From assembly GCA_046538435.1 (NCBI GenBank), contig JBKHIX010000003.1, positions 1 through 40,762 of the forward strand: a stretch of 40,762 bases of DNA, written 5' to 3'. Source of the DNA: Thermoplasmata archaeon. Its GTDB lineage: Archaea > Thermoplasmatota > Thermoplasmata > Halarchaeoplasmatales > Halarchaeoplasmataceae. The notes below the pieces were generated by a model. That model worked only from the letters and a program-made list of their open reading frames with translations, had not been told where the DNA came from and did no database searches. Positions 37,233 through 40,762 of the stretch are shown here, piece by piece. Positions within the stretch are counted from its first letter, which is position 1. Each line of letters opens with the position of its first letter. The translations under genes and the position numbers were made by a program.

Positions 37233-37730
37233 ATATACCTTCACTGGAATATCAGTGTAAATCAGGGATATGGGAACCAAGCCTATAATGAATACGGAGT
37301 CAGTAAATTTTGCTCTGTGTTTTATTCAGGTAAGATACTAACTGCAGAGGGAGCACCGAATACTCCTGTATATCCATCGATACAAGGAACAGGTAATGAT
37401 CCAATTGTTTATTACAGCGCTAATTTTGATTTCAATTTGACAGTTTATCCAATCAGTTACTTGGAGAGAAATGACGGGAAAAAGATCGGATTAGAAAACA
37501 TTTCGGTAGATACGGATGAATTGGATAATTGGAACTATATGACTAACGGTGCTTTAGGTAAAGGTAGTCCTAGTGAAATAAATCTTTATGGGGATGTACA
37601 GGCTGCGCCCAATAGCAGGACTAGACAGAATATGACCGTAAGATGGAAAGTGTATATACCTCCTGGAACTCCTGCTGGAACTTATGATTCGGACCAGATC
37701 ACTTATCAGATATATATCAGTGAACCCTGA
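37233..37730 (+). CDS. Hypothetical beta-rich surface-protein domain, possibly a 5'-truncated remnant
   Basis: Frame open from 37233; first possible start is GTG 37317; no signal peptide; C-terminal VRWKVYIPPGTPAGTY...ITY. Confidence 0.5.
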   Translation: MYLHWNISVNQGYGNQAYNEYGVSKFCSVFYSGKILTAEGAPNTPVYPSIQGTGNDPIVYYSANFDFNLTVYPISYLERNDGKKIGLENISVDTDELDNWNYMTNGALGKGSPSEINLYGDVQAAPNSRTRQNMTVRWKVYIPPGTPAGTYDSDQITYQIYISEP

Positions 37731-37788
37731 ATTATATGGTGTAACTTAAAACACAACTTTTAAACACCAATTGAGACTAGTATGAAAT

Positions 37789-38856
37789 ATGGAGTTAAAA
37801 AAGATCGTTATAACTCTTATCGTTGTAATAATTTTAGTCACATTCTGGCAGTTTTATTTTGGTAGCAATGGAGGGAGTGATAATCCTCCTGATTATGAAT
37901 TTATAAGTAATTTAATCAACCAAACTAATACCTCTAGAATAGAGGATAACATCGAATATCTCCAAAGTCATAAAACTAGATATATAGGCACTGAAGGGAA
38001 CAATGAAACCACTATATGGTTAAAAAATAAATTTGACTCTTTTGACTTAAATACATATTATCAAAATTTTTCCTATGAAGGTAAAAACTTGTCCAATGTA
38101 ATAGCTTATCATGAAGGAAGAAACGAAGAGAAGGAAGATGAGACTATAATTTTGAGTGCTCATTTTGATTCAATCAATAATGAAGGTGTGAATCTGTCTG
38201 CTCCTGGTGCTGATGATGATGCAAGTGGTATTGCAGCTGTTATAGAATCTGCAAGGATACTGAGTAAATATGATTTCAATAGAACGATAATATTTTGTGC
38301 CTGGAATGCTGAGGAAGTTGGTCTGATAGGCAGCAGGTATTTTACAGAAAATATGTATAAAACGGAGTGGGAAATAAAAGGCGTTTATAATTTCGATATG
38401 GTCGGGTATTCGAGCAATGGTCATGACATAAAGATTCACTCGAACCATTATTCAGAGAGTTTGTTAGATGCAATGACAGACATGGATAAAAAATTAGACC
38501 TAACCGTAAATATTACTCCAGTGACTGAAGACCTGGAGATAAGAAGTGATCATTATTCATTTTGGGTGAAAGGTTACAAGGCATGTTTATTGATTGAAGA
38601 AACGTTCAACCCCCATTATCATACAGCAAACGACACGATAGACAAAATTTCAATTCCCATGATCAAATCCGTCACTCAATTGTCGATAGGCACTTCAGCT
38701 AAATTGTTAGGGATAGTAGAATCTTCTGATATTATGTTTGTTCAAAAAATCGCTCCTAATGATAGAACATTGATTATTTGGGAATTGGATGATGTTAATA
38801 TTAAGATTGCAAAGATAAGTAAATTGAACAAATATTTCTACATCGATCTTAACTAA
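37789..38856 (+). CDS. M28-family metallopeptidase, membrane-anchored/secreted
   Basis: AHFDS, PGADDDASG, AEEVGLIGS, NFDM, SDH, YHTANDT. Confidence 0.93.
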   Translation: MELKKIVITLIVVIILVTFWQFYFGSNGGSDNPPDYEFISNLINQTNTSRIEDNIEYLQSHKTRYIGTEGNNETTIWLKNKFDSFDLNTYYQNFSYEGKNLSNVIAYHEGRNEEKEDETIILSAHFDSINNEGVNLSAPGADDDASGIAAVIESARILSKYDFNRTIIFCAWNAEEVGLIGSRYFTENMYKTEWEIKGVYNFDMVGYSSNGHDIKIHSNHYSESLLDAMTDMDKKLDLTVNITPVTEDLEIRSDHYSFWVKGYKACLLIEETFNPHYHTANDTIDKISIPMIKSVTQLSIGTSAKLLGIVESSDIMFVQKIAPNDRTLIIWELDDVNIKIAKISKLNKYFYIDLN

Positions 38857-38969
38857 AATACTAAATAAATATTTCATAAATATATATACAAGATTTTTTA
38901 TTCACTTCAAAAAATCGCAATATACTTAACCCCTTTGTTCTATTACTGAAATCCATTGAGGTAAAGGAC

Positions 38970-40762
38970 ATGACGGATGATGCACTCACCGAAAATGCAA
39001 AAAAGATACTGAAAGAGAGATACTTGAAGAGAGATAAAGAGGGAAATATCGTAGAGAGCGAGGATGAGATGTTCAAAAGGGTCGCTAGAGCGATCGCTGA
39101 GATCAATAAAGAATATGATGACGATCGTTCTTTTGGGGATGAGAAAGATGAATTTTACGAAGCTTTAACTAATTTGGATTTTGTTCCAAATTCCCCTACA
39201 TTGATGAATGCCGGTCTCGAATTAGGTCAGTTAAGTGCTTGTTTTGTTTTATCACCATTGGATGATATGGATAGTATTTTCCAGCAGGTGAAAAATGCTG
39301 CGAAAATATTCCAATCTGGAGGTGGAGTAGGATATTCATTTTCCAGGTTAAGGCCTAGAGGAGATACGGTTAAATCTACAGGTGGTATAGCTAGCGGACC
39401 GGTTTCTTTCATGAGAGTCTACGATGAGATGTGTAATACAATCAAACAGGGGGGATGTTTGGCGTCAGATGAAAGAGTGATGACAACCAATGGATATATA
39501 CCAATAAGAGAAATACATAATGGAAGACCAAACTCTGATGCCCCATCGAAAGCGTTGGTCAAGACAAGAGAAGGATTTAATCAGGTTATACAAACAAATG
39601 ATTCAGGAGAGATGGATGTTCACACAATAAAAACTGAGGACGGTTACAATATAAGAGCGGTTTATGAACATCCTCTACTTTCAGTAAACAATGAAGGAAA
39701 ACTAGAATTTAAACGAGTCGATGAATTAACAGAAGGTGACATAATAGTATTCGACCAGAGTGATAAACTAGTGGATAAAAGACAAGATTTGAAAGAGGTT
39801 GATAAGAAATATCATCATAATGTTCAGATCGCAGATAATCTACCATATAAAGTAACAGACGATTTAGCTATTTTCTTAGGATTATTATGGGCTGATGGAA
39901 CATTTGATAGTTCAAACGATAGATTGGTGTTTTCTCTTGCTAAGGATAGAAGTGAAAAAGATTGGCTAGTAAAAACTGTCAGTTCATGGGGATTGAATGT
40001 CAGGGTAATCGACCAAAAGGAAAAGGGTAAAGGTGATTACTGGAGAGTAGTTATTCAATCGCAGCATCTGATGGATTGGATGAGAAAAAATCGCTTGGCT
40101 AAAGACATAACAAAAATTCCTGAGGCGATATATCGATCTCCAATAGCGATACCAGCTTTCTTAGGTGGTTTTACAGCTGATGCAAATATTGCTAAAGATG
40201 CAAATACCGTTTGCTATTCTACTGCTAATAAAAGAACTGCAGAAAATTTACAAGAATTATTGCTTCTCTGTGGTATCTCATCTAAAATCATGCGCACTGA
40301 ATCCCAAGATAACAGATACAGTGATAAAGAAAGATTCGAAGTGAGGGTTAATCCAGGTAGATCAGCCAAACTGTACGAACAAAAAGTACCACATTTCTTG
40401 AATGGTAAAGTAGGAGGAGCAGGTGGTCAAAGACAAAACAAAGTCTATTTCGCGGATAAACTTGTGAATAGTTTACTAGATGAGAATTTCATCAAGAATA
40501 ATAAGCTGCCTGAGCTGCCTGAGGATGTAGATCGAAAAGCCATGAAGGAACTTAGGCGGTATGAAAGGGGAGAAAGAATCCCTTCAAGAAAACGATTGGT
40601 AGACGTACTAGAAAGAATAGGTATAACAGATGTTCCTGAATTATCAAAAAATAATCTTTTCCAAATGATTACTTACAATGAAGAAGATTCTAGAGCTGGA
40701 GTAGCAGATATAGAAGTAATGCATAGCTCTCATAATTATATAGCTGGAAATGCAGTTGTTCA
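38970..40762 (+). CDS. nrdJ: Ribonucleotide reductase, probably class II (B12-dependent), intein-containing; runs off window end
   Basis: Not in the ORF track. MTDDALTENAKKILKERYL...PNSPTLMNAG..GQLSACFV...QSGGGVGYSFSRLRP..STGGIASGPVSFM...IKQGG, then the intein; frame open to 40762. Confidence 0.92.
   Translation, partial: MTDDALTENAKKILKERYLKRDKEGNIVESEDEMFKRVARAIAEINKEYDDDRSFGDEKDEFYEALTNLDFVPNSPTLMNAGLELGQLSACFVLSPLDDMDSIFQQVKNAAKIFQSGGGVGYSFSRLRPRGDTVKSTGGIASGPVSFMRVYDEMCNTIKQGGCLASDERVMTTNGYIPIREIHNGRPNSDAPSKALVKTREGFNQVIQTNDSGEMDVHTIKTEDGYNIRAVYEHPLLSVNNEGKLEFKRVDELTEGDIIVFDQSDKLVDKRQDLKEVDKKYHHNVQIADNLPYKVTDDLAIFLGLLWADGTFDSSNDRLVFSLAKDRSEKDWLVKTVSSWGLNVRVIDQKEKGKGDYWRVVIQSQHLMDWMRKNRLAKDITKIPEAIYRSPIAIPAFLGGFTADANIAKDANTVCYSTANKRTAENLQELLLLCGISSKIMRTESQDNRYSDKERFEVRVNPGRSAKLYEQKVPHFLNGKVGGAGGQRQNKVYFADKLVNSLLDENFIKNNKLPELPEDVDRKAMKELRRYERGERIPSRKRLVDVLERIGITDVPELSKNNLFQMITYNEEDSRAGVADIEVMHSSHNYIAGNAVV
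39456..40762 (+). mobile_element. Intein with LAGLIDADG homing endonuclease domain (~437 aa)
   Basis: Block A CLASDERVMTTNGYIPIREI; block B IRAVYEHPL; LAIFLGLLWADG (39864-39899); AFLGGFTADA (40155-40184); blocks F/G VADIEV...HNYIAGNAVV followed by CA at the window end. Confidence 0.93.

Noticed and set aside
38892-38916. GATTTTTT-N9-AAAAAATC upstream of nrdJ as an NrdR box or B12 riboswitch
   Set aside because: Low-complexity, does not match the NrdR-box consensus, and the region is too short for a cobalamin riboswitch.

Overview
An AT-rich, gene-dense archaeal chromosomal window. Archaeal origin is shown by G1P dehydrogenase, aEF-2 with the diphthamide HRG motif, archaeal S12/S7, TATA boxes and GGTGA ribosome-binding sites. 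A Thermoplasmatota-like, possibly halophilic host is inferred from gene content and acidic proteins. From start to end it contains: two tandem MMPL/RND paralogs with two upstream regulators; an ADH pseudogene; an hsp20-HTH-hsp20-grpE-dnaK-dnaJ heat-shock cluster with an HSR1/Phr-like operator; egsA; thi4; an unknown membrane gene pair; a tRNA thiolase; a KaiC/RAD55 pseudogene; a beta-propeller protein; HAM1; bud32; a bacterial-type RNase PH; an Upf1-like helicase; a radical SAM protein; proS; aEF-2/S7/S12; a SIS isomerase coupled to an apparently ligand-depleted endonuclease IV paralog; a 973-aa macroglobulin-like surface protein; and a class II ribonucleotide reductase interrupted by a LAGLIDADG intein, which runs off the end and is missing from the ORF track. 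I saw no tRNA, rRNA, CRISPR array or IS element. No clear novel multi-gene system is demonstrable from sequence alone. The best candidates for undescribed biology are the bacterial-type rph, the pseudo-EndoIV/SIS pair, the MG-repeat surface protein, the tandem-domain + 4TM pair and the archaeal-type operator on the DnaK operon. All family calls are from motif recognition, not database searches.
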